A stretch of 63,978 bases of DNA, counting the filler, from Octopus bimaculoides (Eukaryota), in NCBI RefSeq assembly GCF_001194135.2. It is 6 parts of 6 records of this genome, joined end to end, with 100 filler letters (N's around TTAATTAATTAA, not from the genome) between each part and the next. Parts side by side here need not be neighbours in the genome. Positions count along the whole stretch, not along the records: positions 1 to 24,135 come from NC_068986.1; 5 more parts are not named here. One strand, written 5' to 3'. Below, piece by piece: positions 1-11,171 of this stretch. Numbering within the stretch: the stretch's first letter is position 1; each line of letters opens with the position of its first letter. A program made the position numbers and the translations under genes. Under the pieces are notes generated by a model. The model ran no database searches and had not been told where the DNA came from. It saw only the letters and a list, made by a program, of their open reading frames with translations.

Positions 1-172
1 CTACTATGGGCAAGCGAACTCGCCTCCCACAAACAGCGAATACAAAATTTGTTCGTACAACGAACACACAAAAAACTCGCCAAGGAAAGCGAAGATGCCA
101 CACCGCTGGACAACAGTTTACTAAGAAATAAATAGAAGCAATAAATTGCTGCCCAGCTGAGCAACAAAAATG

Positions 173-282
173 ACTTACCCCGGCGAATTCTTCAATTTTT
201 TCTTCTATAGATAGAGCCGAAACTCATGTCTATCTTCGTTCACAGCAAGTAGCCAATCATGCGCAGTGAGCAAACCGGAAGT
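173..282 (-). promoter_or_regulatory. Probable housekeeping promoter and non-coding first exon of a gene leaving the window to the left
   Basis: The minus strand reads ACTTCCGG (ETS-like, 275-282), TGCGCATG (NRF1-like, 258-265) and ATTGG/CCAAT (253-257). A canonical donor G|GTAAGT follows, with the exon ending at 179. No ATG-initiated frame stays open to the donor. Confidence 0.5.
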
Positions 283-334
283 AAGCAAGCTACTTACCAC
301 ACAGCCACTCCTGCGCCTGTAAGTTAAATTCTTC

Positions 335-940
335 ACAAAATTTTGCTGCTATGTTTTACCTTGCTGACAACATTTTTGTACATGATTTGCATGGCTCTCA
401 CTAGATGTTCATCAACACCTTATTTTCTTTATTGACCAACAAACTATAGAGTGTAGTGTCCTGTCAAAAGCCTTTTCCACATCAATGAATGCCAAATGTA
501 GTGGTTTGTTCTCTGCTTCGAATTTCTCCTCTAGTCATCTCTCAAGGAAGAGAGCAACAGTGCTACTTATCCTGATTTCTTGACTAAAATCCAAACTACT
601 TCTCATCCTAATTAGCTGTACTAAACCCTGATAGTTTCATAACTTGGTCCCTCAGTTTGAAGCCTCTGTAATTGTTTCTTTCTGGAGTATCTCTTTTGCC
701 CTTGTAGCAGTTGATAATGATACAGCTATGTCAGTCACTGGGTAGGATTCCTTCCTGCACTACTCGACTGATTATGTGAGTAACTAGTGACTATTTTACT
801 TTGTCAAATATATTTAGCGTCTTAGTTGATTCTCTGAAGTATTAGCTACTTTCCGCATCTTCAAATTTTTAATGGCCATTTTGACCATATAGCTGTCAAT
901 TTCAATAGCTGGTCCACCCACTTTATAAAATAGGCACAGC
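335..940 (-). mobile_element. Degenerate RTE-clade LINE reverse transcriptase fragment
   Basis: Manual minus-strand translation gives LEEKFEAENKPLHLAFIDVEKAFDRTLHSIVCWSIRK*GVDEHLVRAMQIMYK. This matches the RTE-type RT motif (..LAFxDxEKAFDR..W..R..GV.E..VR). Stops are present. Confidence 0.8.
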
Positions 941-1994
941 ATATTCTAGTGTAACATAAAAGGAAATTAAAGGGGTTGATAATTAGAAGAGTATGTGGCT
1001 CTACAACACTGCCTCAAAAAGCCTTTCCAACCCATTCTAGCAAGTAAAAGTGGATACAAAAATGATGATGACGATGATAATGATGGTAATGCTGATGATA
1101 ATAGTCCCTCTATCGGGTCTACTTGGGACAGTCCTCTTCTTCCACAAGTATTCCCTTCCCCTCAGTCAGCAACCTCTTATAATCGCATTTCTATGCCTCC
1201 CTTTTTTTTTCTCAGCGTCAGTGAAGGAGAGTGTGCTGTTATTATCATTGGGTACACATTTCTCACCAACCACGACTGAATTCATACCGACACATCATTT
1301 TATAACAAAAGACACCATCACTTAATAAGAGATCTATTCTACTACACTCACCTGACCCTCCGGTCCTCCCAACCCCGAAGGGTTTCCATAGACTATGGGA
1401 TCAACTTTTCCTCCCTGTAATAGAAATATTTATAAATGAGTACCCCACAAACCCCATAGCTGTATATCTATTATGATTGGTATACAATATTTATATATCA
1501 TTTTATGATTAAGTACATCATAATTGTATATTAAATATCATTTATTATACCATATCATTTCATTGAGAGCTTATGAATTTAGCATATTATCACTGTATAC
1601 CATTTTATCAATGGACATGCCATAATTGTATAAGTGACAACAGCCCATAAATCCATTGCTTCATTCTAGATTCAATAGTGTTAAGTAGATGAGAGGCTAA
1701 CATTCCCTTGGATAAGATTTTCATTCTACCACAAGTAATATTTCCCAAAGATCTGAAATCTATTTTTCATATCTAGCTTAACAAGAGCCAAAGAATTACC
1801 TAAAATCTGAAGACACTGTAAATTCATACAGTATTTTACACCTTATAAGAGGCACTACTTTATTCTTTAAACACATCTTCAAAAATGTGTTTCTCAAAAC
1901 AAAAGTGATGGATAAACAGATATATATATATATATTGATAGAAAGGACAACAAAAGAAAGAAAGAGACCTCGATATTATGTAAATAGAGGAATT

Positions 1995-2124
1995 TGTAAA
2001 AATATGTGACACTTATTTGAAAAATGGCCGGATAACTGAAGAGATGGCGTCATGGGTTCCCGCCCCGTCATCCGAAACTCAGAGTTTTGTCATGGCTACC
2101 GAATAAGTGTCACATATTTTTACA
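1995..2124 (+). ncRNA. Type I hammerhead-ribozyme-like motif inside a long hairpin (Penelope/retrozyme-like)
   Basis: Core CTGAAGA at 2036-2042. Stem II is GATGGCG/CGTCATC, followed by GAAA at 2074-2077. Short stem III is CTCAGAG, and the GUU triplet is at 2084-2086. Stem I is GATAA/TTGTC plus TGGCCG/TGGCTA, closed by a perfect 23-bp inverted repeat (1995-2017 / 2102-2124). Confidence 0.6.
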
Positions 2125-2694
2125 GATATATATATATATATATATATATCCCAATATGTTAATGATGGAAAGTATTAATTGAATTGTGCAGGAAATTAGT
2201 ATAAATAGGCTGAGTGGTGATGATGGTTTTGTGGTGGTGGAAAGACAAGTTTTTATGTAAGATTGTAGAACTGTCTGATACATTTTTTTTTTTTTATTGT
2301 TAAAGAAATCTTTATTGAAAATAATAAGTAGGACCGAATAAAAGACTACTTTATTATTTTTTTTTGTAATAAGTAAGTCAGATGAGAGGGAGAAGCAGTG
2401 CTCATAATCTCCGCAAACTCTCCAAGACTGGTGAGACTGATGCAGGTAATGCTCAACCTTAAGAACATATGCAAGAAAAACATCAACAGTGAAGGAACAC
2501 AGATTCAAGTCTGAATGTATGCAACCATATAAACTTCACAGACAGCAACCAAAGACCACATGATGGTGTTTAAATAAGGCTGTGTATGAGGTTTATCACT
2601 CACACTAAAGTACTCAAACACCAAGCGATATCATTTACGTTTTAGCATTCAGATTACTTTGTCAAATGTAATGCTTATTTATTCATGTTACCAT

Positions 2695-2918
2695 TTTGAG
2701 CGTGGCCGTTGCCAGTACTGCTGGACTGGCCCTCGTGCCGGTGGCACGTAAAAGCAACCACTACACTCTTGGAGTGGTTGGCGTTAGGAAGGGCATCCAG
2801 CTGTAGAAACTCTGCCAAATCAGATTGGAGCCTGGTGTAGCCATCTGGTTCACCAGTCCTCAGTCAAATCGTCCAACCCATGCTAGCATGGAAAGCGGAC
2901 GTTAAACGATGATGATGT
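2695..2918 (+). mobile_element. RTE-associated 3'-tail repeat ('family B') ending in (GAT)n
   Basis: Ends in ...catgctagcatggaaagcggacgttaaacgatgatgatg. Near-identical copies occur at about 2980, 4230, 6360, 7760, 11790, 12690, 15655 and 19960. Confidence 0.8.
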
Positions 2919-3821
2919 TGTTTTGAATAACTTGTGCATTATCTCATAGCTTTGAGACCTTGATGATATGACTGTTTATCATCATCATCATCATTTAAGG
3001 TCCGTTGTCCATGCTGGCATGGGTTAGATGGTTTGACCAGGGCTGGTAAGTTCGAAGGCTGAACCAGAATCTAGTCTGACTTGGCATGGTTTCTACAGCT
3101 GGATGCCAACCACTCTAAGAGTGTAATGGGTGCTTTTACATAGCACAGACATGGGTGCCATTTGTGTGACACCAGTATCTGCTATGACTGCGATTTCACT
3201 TGGCTTGAATAATATCAAAGGGTAAGTATGAGAGGCTGGATTTGGCCAGTTCAAACATAAAATGGAGAATATCTGGGCTGGGTACAGTTAGTTTAAATGC
3301 TTAAGCGCTAACACAAGCTATGTATTGGATCTACCAGCCATTTAATGCAAAAACGTAATGTACAAAGTAGTAACTTTGACTGTGTTGGTTTCTGGGAGAA
3401 AAATATATTGTCTTTCCAGAATTGGGGTGAATCTTCTATGATGCAGTGTCTTACATGGTGCAAAACGATGATGGATATCACATTGATTGCTCTGATGAGT
3501 GTTCTGTTTGATCAAGTAGGACTACCTACATAATGGAGTTATAGTGTAACAGGTTGAGTATTTCCTAGACACTTGTAGCCTTAACATAATGTTCAGGCAG
3601 ATTCTGTGTTACATTATCTGAGACAAAGCTGACCCTTGGAATTGCAGGTACAATCCATTTGATAGTTTCTAGAATAGTGTATAGTGAAAAGAGGTTGGAT
3701 AACCCCACGGTATGGTTTCAAGTGAAAAAAAAACCCAAAAAAAACAAAGGTGTGGGAAAGAAAAAAAAAAAGATGTGGGAATGAAAAAAAAAAAAAAAAA
3801 GAAATGGATTAAAACTTTTAC

Positions 3822-3981
3822 CTTGTCCACAGGTTCTTCTTTTACTTTCACTTCTGTTTCCTTTGGACTAATCTTCTCAACACTTGGGGAACGACTAGGA
3901 GCTGCTTTAGGGAGAGACTTGGAGCGAGAACGGCTTCGATTTCTTGATGACGACCTCTTTCTGGGAGAATGCTTCTCTCTC
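3822..3981 (-). CDS. Exon of an Arg/Ser-rich (SR-like) protein: REKHSPRKRSSSRNRSRSRSKSLPKAAPSRSPSVEKISPKETEVKVKEEPVDK
   Basis: Acceptor ttgctttcag| and donor AAG|gtaaaa. The 160-nt exon starts in phase 2, which is compatible with the upstream exon (AG|G = Arg). The frame is open. Confidence 0.8.
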
Positions 3982-4229
3982 CTGAAAGCAAGGATGTAAC
4001 AAATAAAACAATGACTAAAATACTTCAGCCATCTCTCATCCCTTAGAAAAGAATGGTTGTGAGGTTTAAAGTGTTAAGCTACTTATTGAATAGACATGTT
4101 AAAAACTTTACAACTCCACTGTGTTGTATCAATGGAGAAGGCATGTAACTTAGCTTGTCTCAATCTGCATGGCTGACAAATAAAATACAAAAAAGGTGTC
4201 AAGAATAGTGGAGATAACTAAGGGATTGA

Positions 4230-4445
4230 GATCATCATCATCATCATCGTTTAATGTCTGCTTTCCATGCTAGCATGGGTTGGACGATTTGACTAAGGAC
4301 TGGTGAACCAGGTGGCTACACCAGGCTCCAATCTGATCTGGCAGAGTTTCTACAGCTGGATGCCCTTCCTAATGCCAACCACTCCAAGAGTGTAGTGGGT
4401 GCTTTTACGTGCCACCGGCATGAAGGGCCAGTCAGGCAGTGTCTG
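4230..4445 (-). mobile_element. Family B RTE-tail repeat
   Basis: (CAT)n followed by cgtttaatgtctgctttccatgctagcatgggttggacg..., matching the other copies. Confidence 0.8.
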
Positions 4446-4744
4446 GGACAATAGCGTGTTGGTTGAAATACACTTCAATATTTAGTTTTGTTAAGGCAAC
4501 GAGTTGGCAAAACTATTAGCATGCTGGGCAAAATGCATACAGGAATTTTGACCATCTTTATATTCTGCATTTGAATTCTGCTGAGGTCGACTTTGCCTTT
4601 CAACCTCTCAGAGTTGGTAAAATAAGTACCAGCTGAATACTGAGGTCAATGTAATCGACTTACTCACTTCCCAGAATTTTGCTGAAAAGTAAAATTCCAA
4701 AGGCAACTGGTAGCATCTATTTAAGATCATTTGAATAAACTTAC

Positions 4745-4942
4745 CTTCTTTCTCTTGACGAAGGCCTAGAGCGACGAGCATATCTATCTCGAGATCGGCT
4801 CCTTCGGTCTCTGTCACGACTGTGCGAACGTTTTCTCTCACGAGATCTTGACCTTCGAGAACGGCGAGACCTGTCAGGGCTCCGGGAACGACTGCGGTGT
4901 CTTCGCTCGTGAGACCGACTGCGAGATCGGCGTCTGTAGGAT
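4745..4942 (-). CDS. RS-domain exon of an SR-like protein: SYRRRSRSRSHERRHRSRSRSPDRSRRSRRSRSRERKRSHSRDRDRRSRSRDRYARRSRPSSRER
   Basis: A GC-rich island in AT-rich DNA with an open RS-dipeptide frame. It has a T-rich acceptor region upstream and a donor AG|gtaagt at 4744, and it joins in frame to the 3822-3981 exon. The family could not be assigned. Confidence 0.85.
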
Positions 4943-5916
4943 CTTTACATAGAAAAAAAAAAAAGAATGATTATGAAAGAGAAATAAAATATAAGAAAAG
5001 AAATTATGTGTAGCAAATACAACCTATTGTTAAAAATTATAGAAACCATACAATGTATGCTGCCTTTTCTGCATAACAAGAAAGGTGTTTAAATAGATTT
5101 AATTTAAGTCATTATCATACAGAGTATCCCAGTATTACACATATATACTTCCAAAGCCCTAACGATTCTTCCAGCACAATATATAATAATATTAATAAGA
5201 CTGTTCAAAATGTTAACGTTTGCAGCACTTGACTTTTATTCTCAAGCTCTAATACTTCACTGTTCTCAGTTCAAATACTTTTTAGGGCCAACTTTGCATT
5301 TATACTTCAGGGACCATTAAAATAAGTACCTGCAATATCAGGGTACTTACAGGACTACACACCTACCCAGCTGATGGCATTTAATAAATAAAAATTGGAT
5401 ATGCTGTGAGAAGACCAGATATAACACTGGCCACACAAGGGGTTCCTATTTTAGAGAAGAATTTAGTAAAATATAGTATCACATTATCTAATGTCCTTTC
5501 CTGATGAGGGAATTTGACTGCTATTTTCAGCTGGTTGAATGATCACATAGAAACACCTTTGTTGGATTGAAGTGGGGCAAAACTATAGTTGGAAGTAGAG
5601 CTAGTATTGTATTGTGAATAATAAAAGATGTTTTTTGTCCCGTTTCACAAAATCTAGACCAAGTGCTTAAGAAATGTGATGCTGCATGGCAGTGAAATAT
5701 TGGTAATGAGTGCAAAGAGATTAGTAGCACTTGAAAAAGTACAATAAGAACAGGCTAAATATATTTTCGAGTAGGATGTGCATTTAACTTAACAAGAGAA
5801 AAACTGAGTGCAAATTAGTTCAGAAAGCAACTGGGCATCAAAAGCATTGGCAGAAATATTTAAGAGAGATCAGTGCTAGTGTGAACATGAAATGCATGTA
5901 GATAATGTAAACTATA

Positions 5917-6296
5917 CAGGCACAGGAGTGGCTGTGTGGTAAGTAGCTTGCTCACCAACCACATGGTTCTGGGTTCAGTCCCACTGCGTGGCACCTTGGG
6001 CAAGTGTTTTCTACTATAGCCTCGGGCCGACCAAAGCCTTGTGAGTGAATTTGGTAGATGGAAACTGAAAGAAGCTCGTCATATATATATATGTGTGTGT
6101 GAGCCTGTGTTTGTCCCCCACACCATTGCTTGACAACTGATGCTGGTGTTTACGTCCCCATAACTTAGCGGTTCGGCAAAAGAGACCGATGGAATAAGTA
6201 CTAGGCTTACAAAGAATAAGTCCTGGGGTCGATTTGCTCAACTAAAGGCAGTGCTCCAGCATGGCCACAGTCAAATGACTGAAACAAGTAAAAGAG
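5917..6296 (+). mobile_element. Full-length tRNA-headed SINE with an internal (TA)/(TG) microsatellite ('family A')
   Basis: A-box-like GTGGCTGTGTGGTAAG and B-box-like GGTTCAGTCCC. Partial or inverted copies occur at about 281-320, 8000-8150, 13160-13550, 15130-15380, 19670-19930, 26280-26465, 29200-29455, 32510-32660, 34150-34400, 37130-37240 and 52870-53010. Confidence 0.85.
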
Positions 6297-6359
6297 TATA
6301 TGAAGAAGTGTAGTAAGTTGATATATTGAGAAAAACATAGGAAGAAAAAAGTTAGACCC

Positions 6360-6750
6360 ATCATCATCATCATCGTTTAACATCCGCTTTCCATGCTAGC
6401 ATAGGTTGGATGATTTGACTGAGGACTGGTGAAACCAGATGGCTACACCAGGCTCCAATCTGATTTGGCAGAGTTTCTACAGCTGGATGCCCTTCCTAAC
6501 GCCAACCACTCCGAGAGTGTAGTGGGTGCTTTTACATGCTACCAGCATGAAGGCCAGTCAGGTGGAACTCGCAACGGCCATGCTCAAAATGGTGTATTTC
6601 ACGTGCCACCTGCACAGGAGTCAGTCCAGTGGCACTGGCAATGATCTCGCTCGAATGTCTTTTCACGTGCCATCGGCACAAGTGCTAGGAAGGCAACGCT
6701 GGTAACGATCACGCTCAAATGGTGCTATTTACGTGCCACTGGCACAGAAA
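6360..6750 (-). mobile_element. Family B RTE-tail repeat including the internal ~65-bp unit array
   Basis: (CAT)n tail plus the conserved body and repeated GTGCCACCGGCAC-type units. Confidence 0.8.
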
Positions 6751-6976
6751 TCAGAGAAGTTGGAATTCACAGATTAGATGGTGCAGAAGCTGTTCTGAAG
6801 ACCAAAGTAGACTGTAAATAAGTATGGTAGTATGGTTTAAGGTTGAACGAACTAAGTTCATGACTTCTTTAGAACTGCTTCATTTTACTTACACAGTTTA
6901 TTACTTTGGAAAAGCATGAATGTTACAAGTTCAAGTTTACTTCAATAATATTATAATTTTTCTGACCATTTCATTT

Positions 6977-7035
<59 letters not shown>

Positions 7036-9817
7036 GAGAAATTATGTGATTCTGAAGCAAAGAAAAAGATAAGATGAAATAAAGCAAGAGCATAAAACAA
7101 TATAAGAATCAAACTCCCTTTGGCAGTTAATGACTTAAAAAAAAAAAAAGAAACTGTTATAAAAACCCGATAAAAACCATTTTTGTGGTTTAAGAAAGCA
7201 GAGATTGGGAGCAAAAAGAAACAAAACAAATACTTGCAGTTCTCTTCTGAAAATAAAGAAATAAATATTTAAATACAGAATACTGAGGTATCAGATAATA
7301 TAATTCAAGAAATAAAAGATGGATTCTTATTTATAATTAACATCATCATATATTATTATTTCTTTTGTCAGTAATTATAACTTTACAGAAAAGGTGAGAG
7401 AGAGAGGAGAAGAGAAAAAAAAAAAGGAAGTATACGTATGTGCATGCACACAAAACTATGATGCTGTCTAAATCACACACAAGCTCTCAGATTCTGACAG
7501 AGGGTCTATTCAAATGCATCAACCCCAGTCTGTTATTTATTATTATTGATCCATGAAGGAGAGAAGAGAAACTTGACCTTTGTAGGACTTGAAGAGAAAA
7601 AAAAACACCCCTAAATGCTGTAAGGTACTTTAGTTTGCTGCCTGTTCTAATGGTTTTGCTGGTTACTATTCTTTCCTGTAATATAATAAATTCTGTAAGA
7701 TGGGACTATCCATCATAGTCACTTGATTTTAGTTTGTTGTATTCATTAAACAGATTCATCATCACCATCATTATCATTTAATGTCCACTTTTCTATGCTC
7801 ATATGGGTGGGATGGAATTTTTTGAGGCACATTTCTACAGCCAGATGCCCTACCTGTTTCCAAGTAACGTAATACTTTCCCATGGCCAAACACGTCTTAG
7901 AAGATTGTAAATGAAGGACACTATTTGCATGATAGTGACACCTACCTTGCCTCAAACTATCATGTGATGCCAGAGCAAGGAGACAGTAACACACACATAC
8001 ATGATAGGCTTCTTTCAGTTTCCATCTACCAAATCCTTTCACAAGATTTTGGTTGACCCAGGGCTATAGCAGAAGACACTTGTCCAAGGTGCCATGTAGT
8101 GGGACTGAGCCCCAAACCATGTGGTTGGGAAACATTTTATCACACTGCCACATTTGTTAAATAGGTCATATTAAATAATTAATTTACACTTGTGCTAAAT
8201 TCTCGAGTAGAATCCCTGGGCGATGTTTCGCCTTTAGTAACTAAACTGTCGTTTTCACAACTCAACACTACGTGACATGGCAGGGCATTTAAATTACAGT
8301 TACAAACACTCCAATGGGCTTCTAAATTTTACTGTCTACTCAAATTCACTGTATGCTATGTAGATAGATTAGGTTCTATTCCCGGTCAAATCTATAGCTA
8401 GCTATATTCTGAATTTCGCTAAGTTGACGTTTTTATCAAGATGCAAAGAATCAATTTAGTAAGGGCATCAACGTCACACGTCAACAATTTTCTCAAACCG
8501 TGACAGTCCTTTCAGATTTAAGAAATAAGTAATGTTAAGAAGAAAACAAAAAGTCTGAGTGAATCCTAATGTGTGTGTGTGAGAGAGAGAGGATGACAAC
8601 TAAGTTTATTTTCAATTTCTCTTCAGTTGTTCACGTTTTGTTTATGACTCAAACATTTAGAACTCATGAAAGAGCCACAATAGTTATTAACCTTGTGATA
8701 GAGTTGTCTGAAACAGTTGGGTAGGCACGTTTTCTTCCTGACTGACTGTCTGTTTTGTTTGAAAAATAAAATACATTCATGCGTGCATAGCATTAGACAT
8801 TAATGATTTCATAGCATATACCTCTGTGTCAACTCACATTGCTTCGTAAAGACTAGATCAAGTAAACAAGTTATTGCATACATACATGCATCTTAAATAT
8901 GTATATGAACAGAGAGTATTATATATATATATATATATATACATATAAAGATACATGTAGACAAAAAATCGGATTTACAGCAATGATAACATTGGGGGAT
9001 ATACATATATAGGGAGAAATAAATTGGCATATAATCATTGTTATTGTTATGAATATTTTGAGTTCGAAATTTAAGTGGAAATCAATCAGATGTTGATTTT
9101 AACGGCTACAAAAATCTTCCACCGGTATATCTATTCACTAGCGATACTAAAAACAAAATTATGGGATAGTGTCTTTCGACAATTAACTTATTAATTAAGC
9201 AGACAATAATATAACCAACCTGATATCGAGTAAACAAAACTCGATTCAATTATTAGTAGTGTTTTAATTCTATTGTGGATTGCTTAATAAATCAAGATGT
9301 GTTGTTAGAAGGAAAGAGAGAGAAGAAACAGAAGAAAGATCACGAGATAGAAGAAATACTGCTGAAACGAATCTAATTTGTTTACTTAATTGAAGATGAG
9401 AAACGTGCTGTAAACTCAATCATTTATGATTTTGGTTTCTGTTTGTTGGGTGTCAAGCAATATATTTAAGCATCGATACAAAGTACAGCCTTAATATTAT
9501 TTATTATTAAATAGATTAGGTATATACTTGTTAAAGAAACGGATAAAATCGTCCTACCTGCTAGGCATAATGTAGTTTTGAGCAAGTACTTTCACACATC
9601 AATTAGAGAAAGTATCATCAGAAGCCATCTTGGTCTATGTGATCACGATTGTCATAAAAAAAAACATCAAATATAATTTGCTTCGGTAAAACAAGTGGAA
9701 TTATCCCTTAAAAATCTTATTTTAATTTTAGCATATTTTTCAGGATTAATTTTTTTTGTTCCTCAAATAATAAAAATTTCAAGTATAAACTAAATATGCA
9801 ATCAGGCACAAATCTTT

Positions 9818-9890
9818 ACTGCGCATGCTTCGTTAATACTTCCGCTTGTCACACGTGTTTTGAATTCGACATAAAAGTTTACCTGTATTG
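9818..9890 (+). promoter_or_regulatory. GAR1: Putative GAR1 promoter and non-coding exon 1
   Basis: TGCGCATGC (9820-9828), ACTTCCG (9838-9844) and CACGTG (9852-9857), then the donor TTG|GTAAGT at 9891. The first coding exon carries only 20 nt of UTR after an acceptor, so an upstream exon is implied. Confidence 0.55.
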
Positions 9891-10026
9891 GTAAGTCTTA
9901 ATTGGTTATTATTTTTGGTTTACAGTATTAACTAGTATATCGAAAGCATTTAAACTCATCATTTGTTATAGTTTAATGTCATTGAACTTGACATTTCTAT
10001 GTGTGTACATACAAACACACCTTTGT

Positions 10027-11171
10027 GGCATAACTACAGGGTTTTACCCCCCAGACTTTGGGAGGTCATAACTTTCAGAAAAATGAATATTTTTTAATGA
10101 AATTTTCTATGCATATAGTATTTACTATGTAGAATCCGATGAAAGTGTTTTGGAATGGGGGTGGGGGACAATTTTCGGAAATTCCAACAGAGTCCACTTA
10201 AATTCTTAACTTCCAGGAAAATTAATATTTTTTCGTGAAATTTTCTACAAATATACCTTGATGTATGTACATTTTGAGCATGTAGGAATTTTGAAGGAAA
10301 CAACTGCAGGTTATTTTTGAGAAGCGTTCCCCACTCGGTGGTGTTTCGGAGCAAGTCGTCCATNNNNNNNNNNNNNNNNNNNNNNNNNNNNNNNNNNNNN
10401 NNNNNNNNNNNNNNNNNNNNNNNNNNNNNNNNNNNNNNNNNNNNNNNNNNNNNNNNNNNNNNNNNNNNNNNNNNNNNNNNNNNNNNNNNNNNNNNNNNNN
10501 NNNNNNNNNNNNNNNNNNNNNNNNNNNNNNNNNNNNNNNNNNNNNNNNNNNNNNNNNNNNNNNNNNNNNNNNNNNNNNNNNNNNNNNNNNNNNNNNNNNN
10601 NNNNNNNNNNNNNNNNNNNNNNNNNNNNNNNNNNNNNNAAAGTACACAAATATATTTTATACACCTGTCGTATACGTCGGTTTCGTTTTTTTCACTTTAA
10701 AGGTGGTTATGTTATTTTGTTGGGATTAATCCACCTTTAAAGTGAAAAAAACAAAACCGACGTATACGACAGGTATGTAAAATATATTGGTACTACTAAA
10801 GCAGCTCGGACCCGAACGTGCAGTCGCGCGTCCGCGCTAGCTAGTCTTGAGTGGTCGATCCTAACCCTATCCCTAACCCTAACCCTGTCCCTAACCCTAA
10901 CCCTATCCCTAACCCCAACCCTATCCCTAACCCGCGTGTGCAAATGAATACGTGGTTAGGGTTAGGATCGACCACTCACGACTAGCTAGCGCGACTGCGC
11001 GTTCGGGTCCGCGCTGCTTTAGTAGTACCAAATATATTTGTATAATTTTTGTATATTCGGATTCTACATAGTAAATACTATATGCATAGAAAATTTCATT
11101 AAAAAAATATTCATTTTTCTGAAAGTTATGACCTCCCCAAATCTGGGGGGGTAAAACCCTGTAGTTATGCC
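10027..11171. mobile_element. Non-autonomous foldback/MULE-like DNA element with ~114-bp TIRs, nested internal hairpins and a telomere-like tract
   Basis: TIRs at 10027-10139 and 11057-11171 are near-identical inverted copies beginning GGCATAACTACAGGG. Internal inverted repeats are at 10649-10706/10731-10788 and 10780-10869/10957-11039. Confidence 0.75.
10859..10933 (+). repeat. Telomere-like hexamer tract (CCCTAA with CCCTAT, CCCTGT and CCCCAA variants)
   Basis: About 12 tandem hexamers read directly. GGTTAGGGTTAGG lies on the opposite arm at 10954-10966. Confidence 0.9.

Noticed and set aside
5501-5520. CTGATGAGGG hammerhead core start
   Set aside because: No stem II partner or GAAA follows.
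10859-10933. Telomerase RNA gene or true telomere
   Set aside because: The tract has many variant repeats rather than a single ~1.5-repeat template. It is interstitial and enclosed by transposon-like TIRs, and I could not identify a pseudoknot or H/ACA domain.
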